A stretch of 32,000 bases of DNA from Methanoculleus receptaculi (GCF_033472595.1 NZ_CP137642.1:1689384-1721383), one strand, 5' to 3'. Counted from the stretch's first letter, positions 17,898-30,095 are shown. Translations and numbers: made by a program. Notes: generated from the letters alone by a model not told the origin.

Positions 17898-18093
17898 ACG
17901 ATATCACTCTGTCTCTGCTGCATTTAGGGTTTATCCGCGGTTCATCGAAGGTTTGGTGAAATTCTCCGGGACGGCTTTCCAGGGCCAATCGCCACGCCCT
18001 GCCCCGCCAGGGGGTGGTCAAAGGATGCCGGTAACCTATACGGGGGAAAACCGTTAAATCTCCGGCTCCCCATTACCCGGATGGAGGTGAGAC

Positions 18094-18516
18094 ATGCCGC
18101 AGATCCTCGAACTTATAGAAGACGATCACGATCTGATCAGAGTGCTATTTGACGAGATTGAGCACGACCCCGATAGCCGGGATGTCCGGTGCATAACGCT
18201 TCACCGCGAACTCCTGGCGCACCTCCTCGCGGAGGAGGCCACGCTCTACCCGCGCCTGAGGGAGGCTGCACCGGAGGAGGTGGAGGTGGCGCTTGATGAG
18301 CACGTAACCATACGTGAGAGGCTTGAACGTTTTAAGGTGGTTTCGGAGGGAGATGAAGCCTGGATGGAGGCGCTCGACGATCTCCGGGATTGGGTCGAGG
18401 CGCATTTCGCCCAGGAAGAGGGGGACATCTTTGCCAGGGCCAGGCATTATCTCAGCAGGAGCGACCTCTTTGCCCTGGGTGAGGCCTTTGAAAAGGAGAA
18501 GGTGACGGTAGCGTAA
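18094..18516 (+). CDS. Hemerythrin HHE cation-binding domain protein
   Basis: 140-aa acidic helical ORF preceded by ggaggtga. H/E-containing segments (DDHDLIRVLFDEIEH, HRELLAHLLAEE, LDEHVTIRERLE, VEAHFAQEE) are spaced as in hemerythrin-like four-helix bundles. Confidence 0.75.
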   Translation: MPQILELIEDDHDLIRVLFDEIEHDPDSRDVRCITLHRELLAHLLAEEATLYPRLREAAPEEVEVALDEHVTIRERLERFKVVSEGDEAWMEALDDLRDWVEAHFAQEEGDIFARARHYLSRSDLFALGEAFEKEKVTVA

Positions 18517-19082
18517 CAGGTGGCAGGAAGAATGGGCTCGTATCGTCATTATGAGCCCTCCTCATCACAGGCAGGTGGATGACTGCCCGGGAGGCAAATT
18601 TTACTACAGATACGAAGAGAACTACCCGGCTAAAACGGGGCGCTGTTTTCTCAACCCGCTTCGATCTCGTTGAACTCGATGCTGTGGCGGGAGACTCCCT
18701 CCTCCTCTCGACCGGGAGGGAGGAGGAGGCCTTCTTCATCCCCTGCGGAACCGCACAAAGCACGGCGGGAAACCGGATTGAGGGGGTCGGCAAGATGGGT
18801 AAACACACCGCCGAGGTCTGGCGGGGAGATCCTGGTGGAGGAGGGCGGTGCATCCATTCCTCTGCCAGAGGCCCTCTTGGCGCTGCTTGAGCATATATGG
18901 GAGGGAAGCAGGATGCAGGTAACCAGATCAGATCGACCAATAGCAAAAGTTAAATCCTTATAAATGAAAAGATAAGTCTGTGCCACGATAGTGGGTACAT
19001 ACTTGAGATCCAATTCGATCTGAAAACCCCAGCACCATCATCACCCGGCCAGGAGGAATGGAGCGCCCGGGCATCGTGCCGG

Positions 19083-19340
19083 ATGCCCCGGGATGAGGTG
19101 GTATACGCCTCCGCTCTGATCCCGGCCTGGCGGTGGTCTATCCTTGTGCAGTGCCGGTTCCGCCGGTCGCTATTGCCGGCGGTCTATCACCTACCATTCG
19201 ACGATCTAAAGGATCGCTCTCTAAAGATACGGGGACTTGAGGCACGTGATTTTGATGACGCATTTGAAAAGATCAGGTCACCCACAACAGCAGATGAGAT
19301 TGACCGATACGAAGAATGTAACAGGAACTTCGGCGAGTGA
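19083..19340 (+). pseudogene. Possible decayed C-terminal remnant of an AAA+ (Cdc48/VCP-like) ATPase
   Basis: The 85-aa ORF tail ...LEARDFDDAFEKIRSPTTADEIDRYEECNRNFGE resembles the Cdc48-type C-terminus (pattern V..DF..A...[IV].PS......YEE). The upstream part QCRFRRSLLPAVYHLPFDDLKDRSLKI weakly resembles GRFDR..YVPLPD...R..I. The roughly 55 aa normally found between these is missing, and there are no Walker motifs upstream. Confidence 0.35.
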
Positions 19341-19359
19341 ACGCCCTGCGTAGCATTAC

Positions 19360-19365
19360 AAAAAA
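19360..19365 (-). terminator. Oligo-T (T6 on - strand) after 5S rRNA, with a second cttttc at 19372-19377
   Basis: The - strand reads ...ggttcttttctgagagttttttgtaatgc about 20-40 nt past the 5S 3' end. Confidence 0.55.
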
Positions 19366-19398
19366 CTCTCAGAAAAGAACCGCTTTGTCGCAAAGGAA

Positions 19399-19526
19399 GG
19401 TAATAGCAGCGAAGTGTGCTTCCCGAGGGCTCGCGCACCTCAGTACAACACACTACGTGAGAGGGCTTAACTGCTGGGTTCGGAATGAGTCCAGGTGTTT
19501 CCCCTCTGCTATGGCCGCTATTACCC
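19399..19526 (-). rRNA. rrf: 5S rRNA
   Basis: The - strand reads ggtaatagcggccatagcagaggggaaacacctggactcattccgaacccagcagttaagccctctcacgtagtgtgttgtactgaggtgcgcgagccctcgggaagcacacttcgctgctattacc. The terminal helix pairs, and the CCGAACCC, GTTAAGC and GTACTG motifs are present. Confidence 0.92.
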
Positions 19527-19561
19527 GCTGGTCAGGACACCCTGATGGATGCCTGACCAGA

Positions 19562-19633
19562 AGCCAAGGCCCGGACTTGAACCGGGGTGTAGTTGATCTG
19601 CAGTCAACCGCGTAGCCGCTCCGCCACCTTGGC
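19562..19633 (-). tRNA. tRNA-Cys (anticodon GCA)
   Basis: The - strand reads gccaaggtggcggagcggctacgcggttgactGCAgatcaactacaccccggttcaagtccgggccttggct. Acceptor gccaagg/ccttggc. Anticodon stem gttga/tcaac with loop ctGCAga. T arm cccgg-ttcaagt-ccggg. Discriminator U, as expected for tRNA-Cys. Confidence 0.9.
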
Positions 19634-19711
19634 AAGCTGTGTTGCCTCATTACGTTATCTCCAGACCTATTTAAGGTTTACACCTCAAGGTCTGGCCGCA
19701 AGGGCACTCTG

Positions 19712-19746
19712 GTGCGTTATTCTGGATTTCGTCTGAGTTCAGTGGA
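19712..19746 (-). repeat. Inverted repeat, 3' arm of the 23S rRNA processing stem
   Basis: gtgcgttattctgga (19712-19726) and gagttcagtgga (19735-19746) are complementary to 22683-22697 (14/15) and 22663-22674 (11/12). This is the long flanking helix expected to carry a bulge-helix-bulge processing site. Confidence 0.7.
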
Positions 19747-22662
<2,916 letters not shown>

Positions 22663-22697
22663 TCCGCTGAACTCATTTAACGTCCAGAATCACGCAC
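22663..22697 (-). repeat. Inverted repeat, 5' arm of the 23S rRNA processing stem
   Basis: Complementary to 19712-19746 (see the partner feature). Confidence 0.7.
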
Positions 22698-22795
22698 CTA
22701 TACACAGCCTCGTCAGGTCTATGACCTTCAGCCCTTCCCCGGTGACTCGCATCTCCGGGTGCATTGAGGGCAGGAAGGGAGACCTTCCCACCCAG

Positions 22796-22868
22796 TGGAC
22801 TCAGGGGGATTTGAACCCCCGGCCTCCGCCTCGCAAAGGCGGCGCTCTTCCATCTGAGCTATGAGCCC
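22796..22868 (-). tRNA. tRNA-Ala (anticodon UGC) in the 16S-23S spacer
   Basis: The - strand reads gggctcatagctcagatggaagagcgccgcctTGCgaggcggaggccgggggttcaaatccccctgagtcca. G3-U70 pair in the acceptor stem. Anticodon loop ttTGCga. Confidence 0.93.
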
Positions 22869-22886
22869 GGACCTTTCGTTGACATC

Positions 22887-22926
22887 GGCAATTTTACGTT
22901 TTGTTCAGCAACCGCATCTCCAGGTT
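22887..22926 (-). repeat. Inverted repeat, 3' arm of the 16S rRNA processing stem
   Basis: ggcaat (22887-22892), ttgttcagcaaccgc (22901-22915) and tccaggtt (22919-22926) are complementary to 24462-24467, 24439-24453 (14/15) and 24423-24430 (7/8). Confidence 0.7.
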
Positions 22927-22934
22927 ATTTCATT

Positions 22935-24401
<1,467 letters not shown>

Positions 24402-24422
24402 TTGGAAGTATGCACACTACTA

Positions 24423-24467
24423 AACCTGGGAGGAATTAGCGGTTACTGAACAAATTTCCGCATTGCC
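24423..24467 (-). repeat. Inverted repeat, 5' arm of the 16S rRNA processing stem
   Basis: Complementary to 22887-22926 (see the partner feature). Confidence 0.7.
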
Positions 24468-24682
24468 AATGCCAACGTCAGAATCAACCCGCGTCAGAGC
24501 GCGGTCTCGTTGATTCTCCATCAACAGGGAAACAATGTTTGTTGTCTCTCCACTTAAACATATGTTTCCTGTATCAGGTCCGAAACCCATTGCTCGAACC
24601 CTCATACCGTTCCTCGATACAGGGGAGACTGCACCTGACCCGGCGCAGAACTTCACCCGTGCAAGTGCACCTGTTTGTCACC

Positions 24683-24702
24683 TATAATATATAAACATTG
24701 CC
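24683..24702 (-). promoter_or_regulatory. rRNA promoter candidate P1 (BRE/TATA-like gcAATGTTTATATAtt on - strand)
   Basis: AT-rich island in GC-rich DNA about 290 nt upstream of the 16S 5' end. It shares the core ATGT(T/A)TATA with three further copies upstream. Confidence 0.45.
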
Positions 24703-24814
24703 CTTGCACGGGACACACCCTGCCCGTTCAACCATCGAATCGATCCGCCGACCTGTAGACGCGTCCACCCGGCGGGTGTGACCTGCGCGCGCAGACTGCA
24801 GATGGTTGAACAGG

Positions 24815-24832
24815 CAGGATATAAACATCGTC
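24815..24832 (-). promoter_or_regulatory. rRNA promoter candidate P2 (cgATGTTTATATcc on - strand)
   Basis: Same core motif, about 130 nt upstream of P1. Confidence 0.4.
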
Positions 24833-24960
24833 AACCCTTTATCAGACCCGAAGTCAATCCTCGGGCCCTCATAACGGTTGAGAGGCCAGGGAATCAGACC
24901 ACCCGGAAGGCTGCACGATCCCCTGCCCTGACAACACAGCCTTATAGTGTTATCATCAAT

Positions 24961-24978
24961 GCCATATATACATTTCCC
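24961..24978 (-). promoter_or_regulatory. rRNA promoter candidate P3 (gaAATGTATATATgg on - strand)
   Basis: Same core motif, about 146 nt upstream of P2. Confidence 0.4.
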
Positions 24979-25107
24979 TGCCCCGTCGGATGCAGGCCGA
25001 TGACCTGGATCCCCACAATGGTTGGGTAATCCCCGGGCTTCCGTGTCGAAAACACAGATTCCAGGGGAGAACTACTCCCAACCTGACCATCACATGTTGA
25101 CGCCACC

Positions 25108-25125
25108 GCTATTTATACATTTACC
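25108..25125 (-). promoter_or_regulatory. rRNA promoter candidate P4 (gtAAATGTATAAATAgc on - strand)
   Basis: Same core motif, about 148 nt upstream of P3, immediately downstream of the scpA oligo-T tract. Confidence 0.4.
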
Positions 25126-25137
25126 CCGCCGGCGGCT

Positions 25138-25143
25138 AAAAAA
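25138..25143 (-). terminator. Oligo-T (T6 on - strand, plus T4 at 25152-25155) after scpA
   Basis: The - strand reads ccgggttttgatccgggttttttagcc about 100 nt after the scpA stop. Confidence 0.5.
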
Positions 25144-25244
25144 CCCGGATCAAAACCCGGATGATCGTCCCGGCATCAAGAAGAGCGCTAACCCGCCCGA
25201 CGGGAGAGCGGCAGATCCCCATGCGCGCATGTGCGCAGGGACGA

Positions 25245-26009
25245 TCATGCCCGATCAGCATCCCCGCTGGCATCCGGAGGACCATCGCCAGCAGTCCGTT
25301 CGCCGACATACACCTCGCCGAAGAACTCATCCTGCCAGATCTCAAGTTTCCCTTCGAGCATCAGAAATAGCAGCGGGATGTAGACATCACGCCGCGACTC
25401 TCCCCTCTCGCTCGAAAGCCGTCCGAGTGTGACAACACCCCCACTCCGGCGGACGGCACACCGAAACCCCTCCATGACGGCCGCCACGGCGCCCTGATAA
25501 CCCTCATCGTGCGCCACCGAGACAACATCCCCCGCGCTAAGGTCGAGATCCGGTTCCGTCGCGAGAGGCGCCCGTCTCCTCTGCCGCCGGCGCTGCTCCT
25601 TCTCCGCCGTCTTCAACTGCTTGATCAGCTCATACAGCGTGACCGGAAGACGTTTTCGCAGGTTTTTCCGCCCCAGACGACGCTGGATCTCACGCTCCAG
25701 GCGTTCAACGGGTTCGACATCCCCTGCTGCATCATCGAAGTCGAACCCGCCATACCCCCACGGCTCACCGTCCTCATCATCAAACGCCTCCTCAACATCG
25801 TCGTCCCGGGCGTCGAGATACTCCGATTTGAGGCGCAGCAGGCACGCTGCGTAGAAAAGCGTCCTTCCCGAGATCCTCAGATCAAGCCTCTTGCGACGCT
25901 CAACCTCGGCGAGGAACCGGTCGGTCAGATCAACTATATCGATGTTCCAGGGGTCGACCTCGCCGCGCTCGGCCATACCAACCAGGATCTCGACAGGCTC
26001 CTCATCCAT
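25245..26009 (-). CDS. scpA: Segregation and condensation protein A (kleisin)
   Basis: The track ORF starts at GTG 26021. ATG 26009 gives MDEEPVEILVGMAERGEVDPWNIDIVDLTDRFL..., the ScpA N-terminal SMC-binding helix pattern. It overlaps the smc stop by 8 nt (ATGGATGA). Confidence 0.88.
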   Translation of the reverse strand: MDEEPVEILVGMAERGEVDPWNIDIVDLTDRFLAEVERRKRLDLRISGRTLFYAACLLRLKSEYLDARDDDVEEAFDDEDGEPWGYGGFDFDDAAGDVEPVERLEREIQRRLGRKNLRKRLPVTLYELIKQLKTAEKEQRRRQRRRAPLATEPDLDLSAGDVVSVAHDEGYQGAVAAVMEGFRCAVRRSGGVVTLGRLSSERGESRRDVYIPLLFLMLEGKLEIWQDEFFGEVYVGERTAGDGPPDASGDADRA

Positions 26010-29000
26010 TATCCAGCACACCGGTCACGTAGGTGCTCTTGTCGGCGCGGGTCGTCACGCCGACGATACGGTCGGCGCGCTCGATCATCGGTTTCCTGAG
26101 CGAGACGATGATCGACTGTGCGTTCCCCGAGAGTTCGCTCATCATGTCAGCGATCCTGCCGACGTTGCTGCCGTCAAGGAACATATCCACCTCATCCAGC
26201 GCGTAGAACGGCGCTGGCATGTACTTCTGGATTGAGAAGATGAACGCCAGCGTTGTTAGCGACTTCTCACCCCCGGATAGAGAAGAGAGGAGGTGAACCT
26301 TCTTCCCGCGCGGCTGCACCGCAAACGTCAGCCCCCCGGCGAATGGATCTTCCTCGTTCTCGATAACCAGTCTCCCGCTCCCGTCAGTCAGGCGCGCAAA
26401 GATCTCCTGGAAATTAGCATCGATCGCCTTAAACGCCGTCATGAAGGCGTCGTATTTCATTTTTTCGCACTTCTCGATCCGCTCAAGGAGCATCTCGCGC
26501 TCCCGCGAGATGACCTCTTTCTTTTGTGTCCGTTCCTCAACGCGCGCCGCAACCCGCTCACACTCCTCGATCGCGAGCATGTTGACCGCGCCGATCTTCT
26601 TTAGTGCGCGTTCAGCCGCCGCGATGCCCGCATCGATTGCGGCAAGGTCGAGATCGGTCTCAACACCGCCGGCCTGTTCCCTGAGGTCAGCAAGTTCCTG
26701 GAGGAGCGAGTTTTCCCGCTCCTCTAGCGCCCCAACCTGCATCCGGCTGCGCTCCATCTCGCTTGAGAGGTTGAAGACCTCCTGCTCGAGCGTCCGGATC
26801 TCTTCAAGGATCCGATCGCGCGTCTCGCGCAATCCGGCGAGTTCGTTGGAGAACTCCCTCTGCCGGGCCTCAAGGTGCACGATCAGCCGACGGTTCTCCT
26901 CTATCTGCTCCCCGGTGGCCTTTATCTCGCTCTCGATCTCCCGATTTTTCTCTTCCAGGCGGCTCCGTTCCGCAGCAAGCTCCTCGATACGGTTTGAGTA
27001 GTGCTGGCGCTCGCGCCGGATATCGGTTATATCGGCGTCCTTGTTCCGGAGCCGGCGCTCGATATCTTCAACAACCCGCCGGTAATTCTCGTAACGCTCG
27101 GTGAGAGCCGGAACCTCCGTATCGTCAAGTTTCTTCTTGAGGTCGTCAACCTCGGCCGAGATCTGAGCGATCTCAGCGGATGTCCGCTCGAGATCGGCCT
27201 CCAGCCGCGCAAGTTCTTCGCCGCCGGTCTTCGCGCCCTCAAGCACCTCACGCCGGTTCTCCTCGAGCGTATGCTTCTCACCGGCAAGCACCTCGACCCG
27301 CTTCTGGAACTCCTCGATGAGCATACGGTATCGTGCAATCTGCTCCTCGATCGAGCTCCGCTCCGCCCGTTTTGCCTCCGCGGCCAGGGCGAATCGACCG
27401 ATAGATGCCTCGATCTCCCCGGCCTCCGCCTCCAGTTCGGCAAGCCTCGCACGGATGCGTGCGACCTCATCGTCGACCGCCACACCGAACCCGCGCACCT
27501 TCTTTGCCTGGAAACCCCCGGTCATGGCGCCGCTCCTCTCGACAGTCTCACCATCCAGCGTGACCATCTTGTAGCGGCCCATCAACCTGCGTGCGCGGTC
27601 AAGGGTATCCACCACAACCGTCGAGCCAAACACAACCTGGAACGCACGCTCAAATGCCGGGTCAAACTCCAGGAGATCGACGGCATACCCGATGATCCCC
27701 GGCTCCGCCCCGAGCGGCTGGAGAACCGGCGGCCGGAGCCTGTTGAGCGGCAGGAAGGTGACCCGGCCAAGACGGTTCTCCTTCAGGTACCTGATAGCCT
27801 CGGCCGCCACCGCGTCGTTATCCACAACGACCCAGCGGAGTCGGCCCATCGCCGCCACATCGAGCGCGGTCGCGTACTCCGGTGGAGCGCGCCCGAGCTG
27901 CGCCACTGTCCCGTAGACACCGTCCATGCCAAGGACGTAGTCCATCGCCTTACCCCCGGCATCGCCGTGCGCCTGCTGCTGCGCCTCTAGCCGCATGAGG
28001 GCCTGCTCGTTCTCCCGGATCTCTTTCTTCAGCCCATCAAGCGCTGAACGGCGCCCAAATAGAGCGCTCTCTGTCTCAGAGAGATCGCGCTCGACCCGCC
28101 GTTTCTGCTCCTCGCACCCGGCAAGACTGGAGGAGTAGTCCGCGATCTGGGCCTTTTTGTTCCCAAGTTCTTCCTCGATCTGGCTGATACGGGCGTCCAG
28201 GCGCTCCCGCTCCGATGTCCGCATCCGGCTCTTCTCGATGAGGAGATCCTTCTCGCGCAGGATCTGCGCCCGGAGCTCCTTTCTGCTCTCGAGGTCCTGC
28301 AACCGGGCAAAGAGCCGATCCTTAACCCCCTCTACCTCCCGGCTCTCAGCGGCTATACGCTCCTCGATCTCCTTCATCTCGTCGCGTTTCGCCGCCAGTT
28401 CCATCGCCAGGTTCGACCTGTCGATCGAGAGGCTGCGCAGGCTCTCGGTGCACTCCTGGACCTTTGTCTCGGCGCGCCTGCTGTCCATGTAGACCCGCTG
28501 GACCGCCCCGGCATTCTCCTCCAGGCTCGCCTTCAACCGCTCTATGCTCTTCTCCCCGAGCCTGATCGCGCTCCGCGCCTCCTCAAGCCTCCCGACAAGT
28601 TCGAGATATTCGGGGCCGCTCTTACGGTTAATCTCCTCGTCGATCCCCTGCTGCCGGGTTCGCGCCTCCTCGACCCGGGCCCGCACCGCCTCAATCTCCG
28701 CGGTGGTGCGCTCGATCGCCGCCCGGTGATCGCGCATCAGGTCATGGAGGGTGGCGATCTCCTGCTCCTTCTGCCGGACGAGCGCCGCCCCCCGGCAGCG
28801 GTTGAGGTGCTCGAGTTCGTCCTGCAGCCGCCGGTACTCAAGCGCCTGCTCGCGCTCGCGCTGAAGCGTATCCAGCCGCGCCGAAACCTCGTTCAGGAGG
28901 ATCTCTTCACGATCGAGCCGCTCCCGCACCACCTCAAGTTCCGAGAACGCCTGCTCCCGCTTCTGATCGAACTCGGCGACACCCGCAATCTCATCGATGA

Positions 29001-29463
29001 TCTTCCGCCGCTCGGTGTCGCTCATCTCCATGATACGGGTGACATCGCCCTGCATCACGACGTTGTAGCCCTCTGGCTTTATCCCGATCTTTGCCAGGAA
29101 CTCGATGACGTCGGACTGCTTGCAGGGACGGTTGTTGAGGTAGTTGTAACTGTAGTAGCCCGTCGGCGTCCGCTTTATCCGGCGGCGGATGGTCGTGCCG
29201 TCCGAGAAGGTGATCGTCACCTCGGCGGTGTTCTTCCCGGAGTTGACGTTGATGAGATCGGTCAGCTTCTCCGCCCGCAGCCCCCGCGCGCCCGAGAGAG
29301 CAAGGACAAAGAGTATGCTATCGATGATGTTGCTCTTACCGGAACCGTTCGGGCCCGAGATGACGGTAAATCCCTCAAAAAAAGGAATTTTAGTCTTTCT
29401 GGCGAAAGACTTGAAGTTGTCGATCTCAAGGTGCGTTATGTGCAAGAATGGGGCCCCTTTCAC
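26002..29463 (-). CDS. smc: Chromosome segregation protein SMC
   Basis: 1153-aa ORF. Walker A GPNGSGKSNIID, long coiled coils, hinge GVYGTVAQLG, signature LSGGEKSLTTLAF, Walker B PFYALDEVDMFLD. The first codon at 29463 is GTG. TTG at 29445 would give the family-typical MHITHLEIDNFKSF N-terminus. Confidence 0.93.
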   Translation of the reverse strand: MKGAPFLHITHLEIDNFKSFARKTKIPFFEGFTVISGPNGSGKSNIIDSILFVLALSGARGLRAEKLTDLINVNSGKNTAEVTITFSDGTTIRRRIKRTPTGYYSYNYLNNRPCKQSDVIEFLAKIGIKPEGYNVVMQGDVTRIMEMSDTERRKIIDEIAGVAEFDQKREQAFSELEVVRERLDREEILLNEVSARLDTLQREREQALEYRRLQDELEHLNRCRGAALVRQKEQEIATLHDLMRDHRAAIERTTAEIEAVRARVEEARTRQQGIDEEINRKSGPEYLELVGRLEEARSAIRLGEKSIERLKASLEENAGAVQRVYMDSRRAETKVQECTESLRSLSIDRSNLAMELAAKRDEMKEIEERIAAESREVEGVKDRLFARLQDLESRKELRAQILREKDLLIEKSRMRTSERERLDARISQIEEELGNKKAQIADYSSSLAGCEEQKRRVERDLSETESALFGRRSALDGLKKEIRENEQALMRLEAQQQAHGDAGGKAMDYVLGMDGVYGTVAQLGRAPPEYATALDVAAMGRLRWVVVDNDAVAAEAIRYLKENRLGRVTFLPLNRLRPPVLQPLGAEPGIIGYAVDLLEFDPAFERAFQVVFGSTVVVDTLDRARRLMGRYKMVTLDGETVERSGAMTGGFQAKKVRGFGVAVDDEVARIRARLAELEAEAGEIEASIGRFALAAEAKRAERSSIEEQIARYRMLIEEFQKRVEVLAGEKHTLEENRREVLEGAKTGGEELARLEADLERTSAEIAQISAEVDDLKKKLDDTEVPALTERYENYRRVVEDIERRLRNKDADITDIRRERQHYSNRIEELAAERSRLEEKNREIESEIKATGEQIEENRRLIVHLEARQREFSNELAGLRETRDRILEEIRTLEQEVFNLSSEMERSRMQVGALEERENSLLQELADLREQAGGVETDLDLAAIDAGIAAAERALKKIGAVNMLAIEECERVAARVEERTQKKEVISREREMLLERIEKCEKMKYDAFMTAFKAIDANFQEIFARLTDGSGRLVIENEEDPFAGGLTFAVQPRGKKVHLLSSLSGGEKSLTTLAFIFSIQKYMPAPFYALDEVDMFLDGSNVGRIADMMSELSGNAQSIIVSLRKPMIERADRIVGVTTRADKSTYVTGVLDNG

Positions 29464-30074
29464 CTGCGATCCAGATCTACGGTGTCATCCTCTTCGGCCT
29501 GTATCAGATCGTTGACCGGGCGCTTCCTCTGCTCAACAAAGACCTTCCGGTCAGACGACTTGCCGCCCTTCTTCACAGACTTTGACGGCAAGTCCTTCGT
29601 CCCGGTGCTGGCAACGATGTACTCTGATGATGGGCGTTTTGGCTCTGGTTTCAGCGTCCCGTCGTTCTGCATTATCATCTCAAAATCCCTCTCATCGAGG
29701 GCCTTTTCCCCCGTAACCTGCCTTGACGGCCGCTTCTCCGCCGGACGTGTCTGGCTCCGGGGTTCAACGGTACGCGGTTCCGCTCTGAGCTCCTGCGCGG
29801 GCTTTGCCGCGGCAGGCTGCACGGGCCTCCTCTCCCGGCGCTCATCCGTCTCCCTTGCAAGTTTCATCACCACGGACTTGACGTCCAGGACCTCTTCCGT
29901 CAGGCCTTTCACCAGTGCATCGAGCTCGCGCACTTTCCGCTCCAGTTCACGCAGGCGTTCATCGTCCACCCCCGCCACCGGCAACTGCTCCCGTTCCTTC
30001 ATCATCTGCATCTCCTTCTCGCGCTCCGCAAGTTCCCGCTCAAGAAAATGTATCCTTGCATCCTTCTGCGCCAT
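29460..30074 (-). CDS. Coiled-coil protein of unknown function, coupled to smc
   Basis: The track ORF starts at TTG 30086. ATG 30074 is preceded by gagggag. 204 aa: an N-terminal heptad-like coiled coil (about 80 aa, ARIHFLERELAEREKEMQMMKERE...LRELERKVRELDALVKGLTEEVLDVK), a P/R/A/E-rich linker and a K-rich C-terminus. Its stop overlaps the smc GTG at 29463. Confidence 0.65.
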   Translation of the reverse strand: MAQKDARIHFLERELAEREKEMQMMKEREQLPVAGVDDERLRELERKVRELDALVKGLTEEVLDVKSVVMKLARETDERRERRPVQPAAAKPAQELRAEPRTVEPRSQTRPAEKRPSRQVTGEKALDERDFEMIMQNDGTLKPEPKRPSSEYIVASTGTKDLPSKSVKKGGKSSDRKVFVEQRKRPVNDLIQAEEDDTVDLDRR

Positions 30075-30095
30075 GATCTCCCTCAAACTAATCCT

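Noticed and set aside
18579-18963. Overlapping + ORFs (18579..18890, 18670..18963) with a faint cupin-like pattern (GD....FIPCGTAQ...N.IEG).
   Set aside because: The spacing and key histidines of cupin motifs are absent. Equally long ORFs exist on the opposite strand, and the composition is low in complexity. I treated the region as non-coding or decayed.
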